NCBI GenBank assembly: GCA_030704615.1
Contig: CM060733.1
Span: forward strand, 66,836,001 to 66,900,000
DNA length: 64,000 nt
Source: Takakia lepidozioides
Taxonomy: Eukaryota > Plantae > Bryophyta
Direction: 5' to 3'
In this document: piece after piece, positions 1 to 11,699 of the stretch
Layout of the letters: the number at the start of each line of letters is the position of its first letter
Position numbering within the stretch: position 1 is the first letter of the stretch
Notes under the pieces: model-generated
What the model was told of the DNA's origin: nothing
Seen by the model: only the letters and a program-made list of their open reading frames with translations
The model's database searches: none
Translations under genes and position numbers: made by a program

Positions 1-615
1 AAATGGTTCAGTAGGTATCGTAGGATGCAAAGCCATCTTCCCAGATCTCTGCAATGGTCTTAGCCTCTGACACTCATCACAACTCTTGCAATACTTGTGT
101 ACATCCTTGAACAAAGTAGGCCACCAGTAACCTGCAAGTAGTATCTTTCTACTGGTAGTCTCTTCTCCAAAATGACCTCCAGCCACTCCTTTATGAACTT
201 CCACCAAAACTTTATTACTTGATGGTGGTACAAGCATCGTTTAAGAACTCCATCAGGTCCTAGCTTATACATTCTGCCACCTATCATGTAGTGTAAGGTA
301 AAGCATGATAGCTATTCTCTTCCTCTGCTCCTTCCCATAACTAGGTGGGCACTGACCATGAGTAAGGTAGTATCCGATTGGCCACTGCCAATCTAACCAA
401 TCATCTGCACTTCCTTGAATCTCCACTGCAAATAAACTCGCATCAGGTAATTGGTCTTCTACTCCCGTGGCGGGCTCTCCTGTTGTTAGGTGTGACAAGT
501 GATCTGCCACAAGATGCAAACGGCCAGGCTTGTAAACAACTTCGAATTCAAACTCGTGCAAGATTATTAACCATCTTGCTATCTTGCCACTTATCAAAGG
601 CTTGTTCACCAGATA
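1..615 (-). mobile_element. Ty3/Gypsy pol fragment (RNase H C-terminus, integrase H2C2 zinc-binding region), frameshifted
   Basis: YLVNKPLISGKIARWLIILHEFEFEVVYKPGRLHLVADHLS (RNase H end), then GGHFGEETTSRKILLAGYWWPTLFKDVHKYCKSCDECQR in a shifted frame. Runs off the window start. Confidence 0.88.
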
Positions 616-634
616 AATGTTAAAATCTAATGTC

Positions 635-699
635 ATAGTCGGTGCAAACTATAAGGTAAAACAGTGCCATTGCAACGCTATAGTCGGTGCAGACTATAG
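635..699. repeat. Two hairpin motifs (ATAGTC-GGTGCA-AACTAT; CTATAGTC-GGTGCA-GACTATAG) of the element palindrome family
   Basis: 8-bp perfect inverted repeat at 678-699 and an imperfect copy at 635-652. Confidence 0.8.
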
Positions 700-942
700 T
701 GGAATAAGGTCTCCTCATATGTGTTGTGCTTCATGTCACCAGAGCGACTATGAAAGTAAGGTTTCGCTCGTGTGAGCGGATATACATCCGCTCACGGATT
801 CTTTTGCAAGTAGAATAAACAATGTTCTCGATGGAACCGTAATAGTTGGTACAGACTATGAAAGTTTCACTTTTGCTCACGTGAGCATAACCCGAAATAA
901 CTCGGCGTACGAAGATATTGCATGCAACAATTGAATGCTTAC

Positions 943-3089
943 ATTGCGGACATATGCCCCAAGTTGATAATAACGGTATGTCCACCACGACAACCAGCTC
1001 TCCAACACGGGAACATCTTCATCTCGAGCGGCACCAGAAGACGACCACCAAGGTCGGATGGCCAGAAATGAAACCTCCGCTTCCGCCTCAGTATTTGCTG
1101 CTCTCCACTTCGTACAAAGCTATACATGTGCATGTTGGAGGTTTTCGGAGATGTATTTTTTGGTCCACTTCTGGAGGCTCTAACCCCAGTGGAACCCACA
1201 TGTTCTCTCATGATTGGGCATGGGTTCCCCGCCTCCATACACTTCGCGAACAGCAGCCCAGTTTGCATTTGCATTGTCGACCATGAATCCCCGTAATTGC
1301 GGTTGCCCCTTCCCTGCTGGCAGCATCTGTTCATTGATGGATTCCCACATGATCTTCTGTGATTCTGTATCCTCATATTTCATTTCGCAAATTACGATCG
1401 TCATGAGCTTCCGAAGATTCGGATGGTACACGTGACAAGCCATTGTACTCCATCCGTGTATCCGCTTCACGTTGTCAAACATAATCCAGCTCCTTCCCAG
1501 CTCCCCCCCGGGATGCATCATGTCCACCAGATGGACTCCATAGCCCTTTCCAACAGTTGACATCTTGAATATGAAACATCTCTCATCGACACTTCCTTGG
1601 CCTGGGAAGCGGCTCCCAGTACCCGCTCCACTTTTTCATTGTCAGTAAAGCTTCTACTTAACTCCCAAGCCCCATTTGTGCTTTTTTCTTCTTTGTCACC
1701 ACATTTGCCCACGACACCGACCTCCTCCATGAGCTCCTCGAACTGCTCATCAAAGAGCTTCCATCTCTCGGTTACACCTGGCGATAACACCTTCTCCATG
1801 GCAATGGACTGAGCAGCAGACATTTGGACCGATTTTGGCCTGGCAGACGGTGACCTATGGATTTCTTCAGCAAGTGCAGATTTGGCTTTGGCAGCAGCTT
1901 CCCGGCATGCTCCAGGTGCAAATGGATGTGAATGAATGCCAACATGCACGGCTCCTCTGGTCATCGTTGGTGGTCCTATCATGTAGAACATTTTGGCATG
2001 GCAGGTGTGCATGCATGTAGGTGGATGGTTGCAGTGAGAACATAGGAAGGTGTTCGGGGACACCTGGCTTTGCAGTTTGAATTGACCATCGTAATGCCCC
2101 ATCCAATGAATCTCGTTGTGGCTGCCCTCCCTGAGGAAGAATGGGCACGTTCCTCGGACACATCTCAACGCACCAACACAGTGTACATACCTACAATGAC
2201 ATTGCAAGTCAGTGCAGAAAGTGCAGAAATTGCACTATGGAAGTTGGCCACGACTACAACTGCACAATGGACAGTGAGCAGGAACAAAATACCACCTCAC
2301 CTCACTGCGCCGCCTTTTGTGCCAATTATAGGAAGCTTTAAGTTTGTTGTCTTCGTGGTGGCCCATGGATTGTCGTCGTACTTGCGGTCCATGCCTTCAA
2401 GCTGACCTGCTGGGGATGTGTTTGATGTCGGTGGAAGCTCATACACGACATCACCATCAACGATCCTTGGCAAGCACTTCACCTGCCTCACTTCTACTTC
2501 TTCAAAGTTTATCTTCCCCAAGTGGGATTTGGAATCAAGAAGCTTGGAGAAGCTTAAGGATATCCAATATGGATGGGCCGGAGTGTCCATAAGTGGCCTT
2601 CTTGCCAACAAACTCAGGGCGCGGCACCTTTTTGGGAGGTGAGGCAGTTGCAGCCAAATTGGGTTCCACCCTTCCACTGCTGGATTTGAGAACAACGCAA
2701 TCCTCTGACTCCCCAGTAGACAGCTCAATGCTTTCCGTTTTTGGTTGCCGGGCCTGAGGAACAGAAGCAACAGTTGCAGGTTCATGTGTCCTGGAATTCC
2801 TATCCAAAGTAGCAGGGACACCGAACACTCTATATCGCACTTCACCTGTAAAAGGCAAAACCCACGATTTGCGGTCGTTATCTCGAATTGGATCCAAAAT
2901 GCGGTATGTTGTGTTGGAACCAGCAGTGATCTCCTCTTCAACAACCAAAGAGAATGGGTCGATACCAAATCTGCCCTGAATTACTTTGTCCTTTAGAAAG
3001 ACATGTTGTCCCTCCGCCATCACCTTGATGTCGTCCGTGCCAAGTGGGCAATTCACCAGCACAAAGGGATCCATGATCGCCTGCTTCAC
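943..3089 (-). pseudogene. MULE/Mutator-like DDE transposase with N-terminal GCM/WRKY-type zinc-binding domain; disrupted and 3'-truncated at an intron
   Basis: Cys/His pattern PWATTKTTN...CVGALRC...C..C...CHA...HVGIHSHP. Catalytic-like MFDNVKR, FMVDNANANWAAVREVY and CGFHW (MULE CxxH). The frame continues past in-frame TAGs to a GTAAGC donor at 942. Probable intron ~2191-2300. Frameshifts present. Confidence 0.75.
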
Positions 3090-3524
3090 TACTTCGCCAC
3101 AGTGCTATCAAACATGCGCGGGTGTGGTACAGTGGAAAAATGCACAAAGCGTGTGGACACGGACACCCCAGTCCTACGAGAAGCAGCAAGCATGCATGGA
3201 ATCTATGCAACGGACTAACAAACTGTACTATCCAGTCAAAAATTTATGAAAATCTATCATCTGTTTGTGTTTAATACTATTTTCCATCCGTCTCCATCCA
3301 TTCACGATTGTGGTGGCAACGGTCAGCGCGGATTTCAAGTACACGAGCACACCCTATCGGCCACTTTCCCGCCACCATACAAATGTTTTCCATCGCAATA
3401 CCTTTCCGGAAGGTGAATAAAGTTTATGAATACAAACAGAATGTGAGGCATTACACTTAGAATGAAGACGTCTTCATTATCATATACCCTCACATCCTCC
3501 GCGACGGGTTCTATTGAAACTGTG

Positions 3525-4591
3525 GTCGGCACCGACTTCTTCCACTTCGAAATAAAAATCATACCAAGGCACCGGATTGGAATACCAAAAGAAATGCACT
3601 GCTTCAAGTCGTTGACGACTTCAAGGAAACCGTAGGATATTCACTACAAATGTTGGATGCCAAGGCAGTTTCACGGGTATGATGTCGTCGTGCTCGGAGC
3701 GCACATCTGCCTCCTCTTGTGAAAGTCGGCAACGACTACACTCAGATAAGAAATAAAGCCACAGTGTTGGTGGCTTATGGGGCCGCATTGGGTGATAATC
3801 GGCACCGACTTCAGTGAAGCCATGTCTCCATCTGTGCATCCGCCAACGGAAGTCGGCACCGACTATCCCGTGCAATCATGAGAGCCATTGGATGATTGGG
3901 ATGTACTCATTGCGGAGGAATCATATTTTCTTATAATATGCCATCATTGTCATCGTATCCATGGGCCCATGTACCTTTAGTCGGCACCGACCTCCATTGA
4001 AAACCCCTCGATCAGTTCAATTTGCCTATTGTATGACCAATTCCGTTGTTTCCTTGACCTCATATGCTTCTAATCGGCACCGACCATCACTCATGGCCGT
4101 TGGTCCACTGGAATGAGCCCATAATATGCCAAATCCGACTGTTGGAAGGTGGTCTTATGCTATTACTCGGCATATAGCTTCACTGTTGGGCGTAGGAACT
4201 GTGGGATTTGCCTACAATATGCCCATTTACCACATTTCAATGAGAGGATGTGCACATGTAGTCGGCACCGACCTTCACTGTTAGCCCGAAAGAGATCAAT
4301 TTCCATATAATTTGATGAAGACCACACATTCCACGATCTCATATACTTTTAGTCGGCACCAACCTTTACTGTTGCCCTATGAAAGAGTGCAAAATCCATT
4401 GACTATGTTAAATTCCACAAATTCCATGACCTCATTTGCCCAGTTGCGGAAGTTTGCATTACCTTATGTGCTCTGATCGGTACCGACCTTCAATTTCAAC
4501 AGTTGGAGAGAGTGCTACGTGTTCACCCCTTTTGAAAATCCATACGGAATCAGTCAATTACATTGACATGTAGTCGGTGACGACTACATGT
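3525..4591. repeat. Array of ~12 palindromic GTCGG-NN-CCGAC motifs, ~93-bp period in the 3' half
   Basis: Copies start at 3525, 3608, 3725, 3798, 3852, 3980, 4073, 4166 (degenerate), 4261, 4352, 4476 and 4573. The last has a perfect 11-bp stem (ACATGTAGTCG-GTGA-CGACTACATGT, 4566-4591). Confidence 0.9.
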
Positions 4592-4806
4592 GTTTCGGCA
4601 TGAAAAGAGCAATGTGTGGCATGCAAAGTTACAAAATGCATGGAAAGCCGATGGGATTATCGCTATCCCATATGCACTGTCCGTGAAGGAATGACATAAC
4701 ATTGGTTTTTCGGAGTAATTTGAAGCCGGGATACTGTTTAAAATGAATGGAGGAGTTGGCATGGGGATGAGAATGAGAAGCCTCTTTTCCTTCCGTCGGT
4801 GGCCTC

Positions 4807-5520
4807 ATGAAGACGTACGGGGATGACAGGTGGATAGGTGGGACCCAGTGCATCCATTATTGCAGCCCGCAGTGGCGAGTGGTTCTGACCACGGGGAATT
4901 TGAAAGGGCTTTGTTGTTGTCTCTAAGGTCTCATTCTCTTCGACATCAGACTCATCCTTCCGGCCTCGTTTCCAACGATGCCTTGCTTCCGGAACCACGA
5001 CGAGTGCCCTTACGGAGGTGTGGATCATGCAATCTATACTGCCACACCGGGGAACATCATCATTTGGCACACAGTTTGCACTGACGACAGTGGGGTCGAG
5101 CGCGAAACATTGTCTGCTTTTGAGTATTTGCCAGGGCAATATGCTTTTGAGCGGGGTGACGATCTTGGTCTGTCCAATCCGTGGCTCCTGCACATCCTTG
5201 ATTCAAATTTCCCCATCTACGGCCGGCAGCCGGAGAGAATGCGTAGCGCTATGCTTTGGCAGTGGAACTGCTGCCAGTGGGCGTGGGTAGAGTCCATCGG
5301 TGTCACGTATACTCCTACAAGTGTACGGTCCTCTTCCCCAGCGTATGGGGGCATTTGCATTGGATCGGAGGACGAAACGCACGGGCACTCCGGGTCCACA
5401 GATAAACTTTCTATATTTGATGGTGGTTTCATTGAAGGGCACGACATTGTGGTGAAGATCAACAGGGGCCAAAGAACGGCTGCAATCCTTTTTTACATGG
5501 AGAAGCTCGATGACTCATGA
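4807..5520 (+). pseudogene. Orphan cargo ORF (~237 codons, one in-frame TAA at 4924) inside the MULE-like element
   Basis: ATG 4807 is in frame with the 180-aa ORF 4978-5520. A single TAA interrupts. AATAAA at ~5644. Confidence 0.45.
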
Positions 5521-6397
5521 GCTTGTGTTTAGGCCAGTCGAAGTGCCGTTGACTTTGTAAGTTGTATTTATAATGCAAAATGCTTTGGATTTGCATGCAC
5601 CCTCAGTACAATATGCGTGCTTCATTTGGAATGCATACTTATGAATAAAAACCCCATTGTGTGCGAACGTGTGTGGAATGTGCATCCTTCCTTCTCAGAA
5701 TGCACAACTCGCCATGGCGTTTCGGGTTGGGAGTGTCGGTGGATTATGGAAGGGGCAGGTAGGCTGTAGTGGGGGCCCATTCTACTGAGCACTGCCACCG
5801 TAGCATTTGAAAAACATTACCTTGTATGCTAAGCGCCACCAAATTAAATTCGCACCCACATAATCGGCGCCGACTATGGAGTCCATGAGACCCAAATCGG
5901 TGGGTGTGGGGCAGACGCTCGCGGACCCGATTGTCCAATAAGTGGCCGCACACAATTATCACCAATAGAAAACAAAAATGTTAACGGAAATCCAAAAGTG
6001 GTTGTTTTCGAGACGATGCGAGACAAATAGTACAACACTTGTACAGTAAACAGAGGAATATATGAATATACAAATTAAGTTTTCGAGGCTATGGAGTAGT
6101 TCTAGGGATGAAAAGTTATGGCGGATGATGGATGGATGATATTTGATGGGATGGTACCATCCATTAGTAAACAAAATTTAAACTTGAACACAATGAGCGG
6201 TACCTCGCGTGGAGCACCTAAACCATGATGGGAGAGGGCACGTGTCTCCCAACCACGGGCGATTTTTTGAAGGAATCCATTGAGGGCCACGGAGGATTAT
6301 TGCGCCCTTTTCGTTTACTCCACAGTATCCGCTGGCACGCTCCCTTTTTGCTCTTCCCGGCCCTCCGCCTTCGTGTTCCGCTGCCGAGCTTTGTCTC

Positions 6398-7308
6398 ATG
6401 CTTCTAATGGAGCACGTTCAGGATGAGGAGGATGACTTTGTCCTTGGAATGGCCACACGGAGCAAGGTGCTGTGCACTCGCACCGTTGTCTCGCAACAGA
6501 GCACGGAGAGCAGACCTCCAAGGAAGGGTGGGAAACTTCGGAAGAAAGCCACCGCATCACAGGAGGCAGGGATGGTGTCCACAGCCGCCATGATGTCTGG
6601 GGATCCCGTGCCTGTATCCCCCATATCTGCAAGTGGCACCTCCGCAGGTCAAGCGCAACGCGTTCCGGCTTCCCCCATTTCAGCAACCGGGGCCTTGCCA
6701 AGTCCAGCAACAAGCGCCCAGGCAGGTGGTAACTCCAATCCCGCACACGAGAATGTGGTGGCAGACGTTGTCTTCACTACAGACATGCGCAAGCAAACAC
6801 TTTTGTCATTGACGACTAGTGCAATGAACCACACTATGAGCTCCATTGTGCACTTGCTGAAGAGTGGGGCCCCTCCACGAATCCCATTCTATAGGATGAA
6901 GCCCCTCCCGGCTGTGCGAATGGCCGAGCGACCCGGCATCAATAAGCTGAAGCTCTACTTTGAGGCAGATTGGTACAACGACGCCCTCGCTTCATTGCTG
7001 CTTTCAATAAATGACGACAGTGGGCAAGCTCAGGACATATAACCGACAGACCGTGAAAATTGGTCACCGCATTGGCAAGCAGTGGATGCTGCATTTGAGG
7101 ATGACATAAGGAACACAGAGTGGGAGTTCCTTTCGAACAAATGGCTACACATTTACGACGGCAATCACAGGTGGTACGCGTGGATGGAGGTCATTTTGGA
7201 GCAGCACGCTGACGATGCAAGCTGGCACTACCGTGTGAACGCAAAAATTCTCAATGTGAGGAGTTCCGATCTGGGCCTCATACGACGTGCAATGAACAGA
7301 ATGAATGT
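6398..7308 (+). pseudogene. ParB/Sulfiredoxin-fold-like protein exon, one in-frame stop
   Basis: ORFs 6398-7042 and 7082-7312 share a frame and are separated by TAA 7040. Motif IYDGNHRWYAW matches the ParB/Srx DGxHRxxA box. The exon ends at a GTAAGT donor (7309). Confidence 0.7.
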
Positions 7309-7408
7309 GTAAGTATGTCCGTGCATTTGTGCTCACATGAGCAAAGTTGAAATTTGTGCAAAAGCATGGGTCACTGTGTACGGAATATCTCCATATATAT
7401 GCTTCGGA

Positions 7409-7434
7409 AGTTATAGTCGGGAATGACTATAACT
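7409..7434. repeat. Hairpin AGTTATAGTC-GGGAAT-GACTATAACT (same motif family)
   Basis: Perfect 10-bp inverted repeat in the intron after the ParB-like exon. Confidence 0.8.
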
Positions 7435-8087
7435 GTTTCCAAAGGGACGGGAGGGCACTTGTGCATCGCAGAATTGAGAAATAACGGTGGTTTGTAAAAG
7501 AGCATTGTTGAAGACCACAAAACGTTTTACTTCTGTTAATCGTGTGTCATTTCCACACCCCCTTAAACAAGTACTGTCAATAACAGCAGTCTACTTTGCA
7601 GACTCCAGAGAGTTTGTTCCGCAATAGCCAGACAAGGGCAATTTGGCAGTGGACTGTTCTCAGGTCTGTTGGACTGCAATTCCAGAATGTTCATGATGCA
7701 AACATCTATGGACAGGCAAGCACATTGTGGACCTTTATTTCTGCATGGAGTATGATGGCACAACATTATTTTGTTGTATCGATTATACTGTCTATTTGGG
7801 TTCAGTAAAACGTTCTGAAACCTTAACAATTCTAGAGTATATCTGCATTGCAGGTGTTGGGGCATACACCCTATTGCGCATTTTCCACAAAACTTTGGGT
7901 CGGGTTTTCCATGCCTCGACGAAATCCCTCTTCCTTTTCAGAGACATATTATTATTGTCGTCTATAGGTCGGAAAGGTTGAAGGGCAATTGGGAGCTTGA
8001 CATTGGACCTATTGTCATTAGAGGAGAGAGACGACGTATACGGCGGTTCCTGAGGCTTACAAGAATTGCTTTGCCTCTCGTGCTACG

Positions 8088-10227
8088 GTGGAGGAGCATG
8101 AGAGACATGTTCAGGTTGTGCATCGACCGGGTTTGGTCAATAGGGATGCGGATGGATTGAGTCGCAATCCATGCACGAGCCAGCAGGATGACACTGGAGC
8201 TCGGTTGCATGGTGAGACGGACGAGGAGATGGTGTCGGGATGGCATGCATCTGCCTTTTTGTGTATCTTGGCATCGGGAGGTCAGGCTGGACCTACAACA
8301 GGGATGACTGTAGACGGAGTGTCTGAGGACCCTGAGGCTAGTGATGAGCCAGGTGGTGCCAGAGATATACATGAGGATTCGGCTGTGTTGGGCTACCTCT
8401 GCACGGGAGACACGACAGCCACTGTGACTGCCAAGGAGAGGGATCGGATCCTGCAACGAGCCAAGAGGTTCAAGTGGGAGGGGATACACCTACTTTGAGT
8501 GTGGGAGGATGGTCGGGTGAGGATTGTGCCTCACCCCACACAACGTGCACGGTTAGTGCGGCATGCCCATGAGGAGTTGGGGCATTTTGGAGTGCGACGC
8601 ACTCACAGTTTACTGCAGGGGCAGTATTGGTGGCGTGGTATGCATATAGAGGTGCAACAATTCGTGGCTAGGTGCATGGTGTGTGATAGGGTGCGTGCTT
8701 CATTCAACGCCCCTACACCACAGTTGCATCCTTTACCAATCATGGGATTGGGCTACAGGTGGAGTCTTGACTTCGCAGAACCGTTGCCACCGACTATGCG
8801 TCACCACAGATATGTGTTGGTGATGGTGGAGCACTTCTCCAAGTGGATTGAGTTGGTTCCATTGCCTGACAAGGCTAGTGAGGGGGCTGCGTATGCATTC
8901 TTGGATCGTGTGCTTAGCCGATTTGGTGCTCCAGCTGAGGTATTCACGGACCAAGGGAGAGAGTTCTTGGGGGAGTTTCACGCTTTGTGTGATAAAGCCT
9001 TGATAGACCACCGCACCACTTCTTGGGATCATCCTGAGGCCGATGGCTTGGCAGAGAGAGTTGTTCAGACGGTGAAGAGGGGTTTGCGCAAGTATGGCTT
9101 GCAGAAGGGACATCTAGGAGATTGGGATCTTCAGGTTCCTTGGTTAGCCATGGGCTACAGGTTCAGCAAACAAGCATCACTTGCCTCCTTCTCACCATAT
9201 TTCCTTCTCTTTGGCCAAGAGCCGGATTTGCCTGCAGCCATTCGTAGGGACATTGCTCAAGTCCTTAACCTTGACGATCCAGACGTGTGGGTACGTGCAT
9301 GTGATCAGCGTGCAGAGTTGTTCAAGAAAGTCATGCCCATGGCTTTTGAGAACCTTGCCATTGCACAGCACCGTGATACGTTGAGGTATGCCACTATACG
9401 TGGTGGAGGCTATCGTCCTGGGGTTCAGAGGTTTAACCCTGGGGACTATGTTTATTTGCAGCAGACTGCTCCTACGACTCTGGATGTTACTGCAGGGCGT
9501 GTTATTCTGAGGGTTCAAGAGGTGTTGCAGGAGTCCTGATCTTGGAGGGTCGGGATGGCATGACTTGGAAGGACCATGTGCGTAATTGTGCGCCATGTCA
9601 CCTTCCCAATGTCGATGGCAAAGTTGACCCAAATTTGGCAGTGGTACCTGCAGGTTTGAGGTGCATGCTCTGTGGGTCTGCCAAAGGGGGCCAGCCACCA
9701 TGCTGGTGTGTGATCGATGCTCAAGGGGTTGGCATATGGGATGTTTGACACCACCTCTTGAGAAGGTTCCTGACGGAGATTGGTTGTGTCCACACTGCTT
9801 GGGATAGTGGCAGTACACATGACTGGATGCAGCTAACAAGACATGGGTCAATACACGAGATCCCAAGCTCAAGTTCATAGGTTGCAAGACGGCGATTAAC
9901 GATGGGGCAACTCTTGCACCCGACCGCTTGATCTATCGAGCTTGAGTGTAGTAGGGACAGTGGTGGAGGACTTAGTGAGGCTATGGTCACTATCACATCT
10001 TGTGGCTACCTGGACTTAGAGGGACCTAAGCACCAGCTAGGGGGGCGATTGTGTGGACTAGTGACTGCCATAGTGGGCAGCATAGTGGCAGCCTACTGAC
10101 TGACTAGTTGTAGCCTAGTGGCTGGACTAGTGGTGGACTAGTGATATACTAGTGTGTGGCGTGCACATGTGTTGTGTGGTTTTGGACAGCGATGTAGTTG
10201 TGTAGCGATATGTATGCGCACGACAGC
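8088..10227 (+). mobile_element. Ty3/Gypsy element 3' part: RNase H end, integrase with C-terminal PHD finger, PPT and start of 3' LTR
   Basis: HRPGLVNRDADGLSRNP; HEELGHFG...CMVC; SLDFA, FTDQGREF and GLAER (DDE). PHD CMLC...CDRC...HMGC...CPHC with stop at 9805. PPT AGGGGGGC at ~10039, then TG at 10050. One stop (8496) and two frameshifts. Confidence 0.9.
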
Positions 10228-10540
10228 TGTCAAGTTATTTTACCACTAGTGTGAAACTAGCTAGGAAACAGCTAGCTTCTACATATTGATATTTGGGATT
10301 GGCCCAAGTGTCAATCCAGGGGTCAAGGCAGATTTAGGCCCTGAAGTGGTTATCTTCACGGCAAGCGCGGGAGGCTCATCTTTCTCGAGTTGAGCCTCAC
10401 CGCGCCTAGCTATGGCGCCGTAGTGTGGATTCCCCATGGCGTGGGGTGCACTTGGCTTGACTTGTATTTGAGTGATGAGGTCTAGAGACATTCCCTGGCC
10501 TTGTATGAACAAGACTGTAAGAGATAAGCTTACTGCAATC
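10228..10540 (+). mobile_element. Truncated LTR, same family as 62552-63025
   Basis: Starts TGTCAAGTTA. Shares AGTGTGAAACTA, TTATCTTCACG, GGCTCATCTyTCTCGAGTTGAGCCT and CCCCAT..TGGGGTGC with the 62552 copy. The 3' end is approximate. Confidence 0.65.
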
Positions 10541-11699
10541 CACTCTGATGTCCTCTCAGTTGTGTGGTAGGACTCTCCTCGTTCTCGTAAAAAAAACCTT
10601 CCACATAATGATAATGGGAAAGGTGATCGACAAAAAAATTCAACTCCTTACAAATCCCTGGTGATCCTGGTATGACTGCATCATCATGCCTTAGCATGTT
10701 TGCATAATTGCTTTGCATGACTAGGACATAAGACAGAACAATTCAGGCGAGACTTCATGTTCTCCACTCCCTTGGACAGAGAGAATTATCTCCCGATGCC
10801 TTATCTACAATGCGAAGTCAGTAAAAAAACCCATCAACTGTCGATTATACAAATTGCTCGGGTGTTATGCTTGGGTTACTCTGTTTGAAGCACGTGAGTG
10901 TCCAATCAGCAGAGTAATGGTGCATCCATTCACTTCTATCACAAACGTGAAGAATTCCATGTATATTATCTGACTTTAATGTGCAAAAAACTAGCAATAT
11001 CAGACCTTACAACAAGCATGATCACAATGTCAGCAAATGCAAATCGAATGAAGTTGGAGAGATAGGGTGGGTATAGATGCAGTGATAGGTCTCGTATGCA
11101 GGTCAGCTGCAATGTAGGACTAAAAACACATACCCTAAGTTAATCGACTCTATCTTGGAAGCAGGATTGCCCTGTCAAACAGGTTAAGTCCTAGCGGAAA
11201 GAAGCGGTTTTCAAGGATCTGATTTTGAGTCCGCAAGTCTTGACCCTGCTGGATAATTTCCAGTCAGTGACATGAGTGAGGCCATCATGGATGACCTCAA
11301 GGGTCTACCCACTCTGGGCATTAGACTGAAATTTAAACTGTGGGCGGGAAGCCTACCTTGAACAGCAAACATATGCAGAGAGGAAGGGGATTGCAAATGC
11401 CTATTGTGTGGGCAACCTGAAGACAATATTCATACTTCAGGTAATCTAGAGATGGACACAACAGATGAGGCAAGGCACAATGGCTATACCACCATCATAG
11501 AAGGCTTGCTCTAGGACTAGATTTCAAAACAAAATCATTCCGGTCTTCCAGTTTTTCTCAATAAAGCTCTTCACCATGGTATGAATTTGATGTGAGTACT
11601 CACCCAAGAAAAAGACCAAAGGAGGGCACTGCCGCTAGCTTTTGGAAATGACCAACAAAAGGTGACAGTCATTTTAGAGATTTCAACGAGGGTGATTCA

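Noticed and set aside
3525-4591. CRISPR array
   Set aside because: The core is only 12 bp, spacing is irregular, spacers are mutually similar, there are no cas genes, and the context is eukaryotic.
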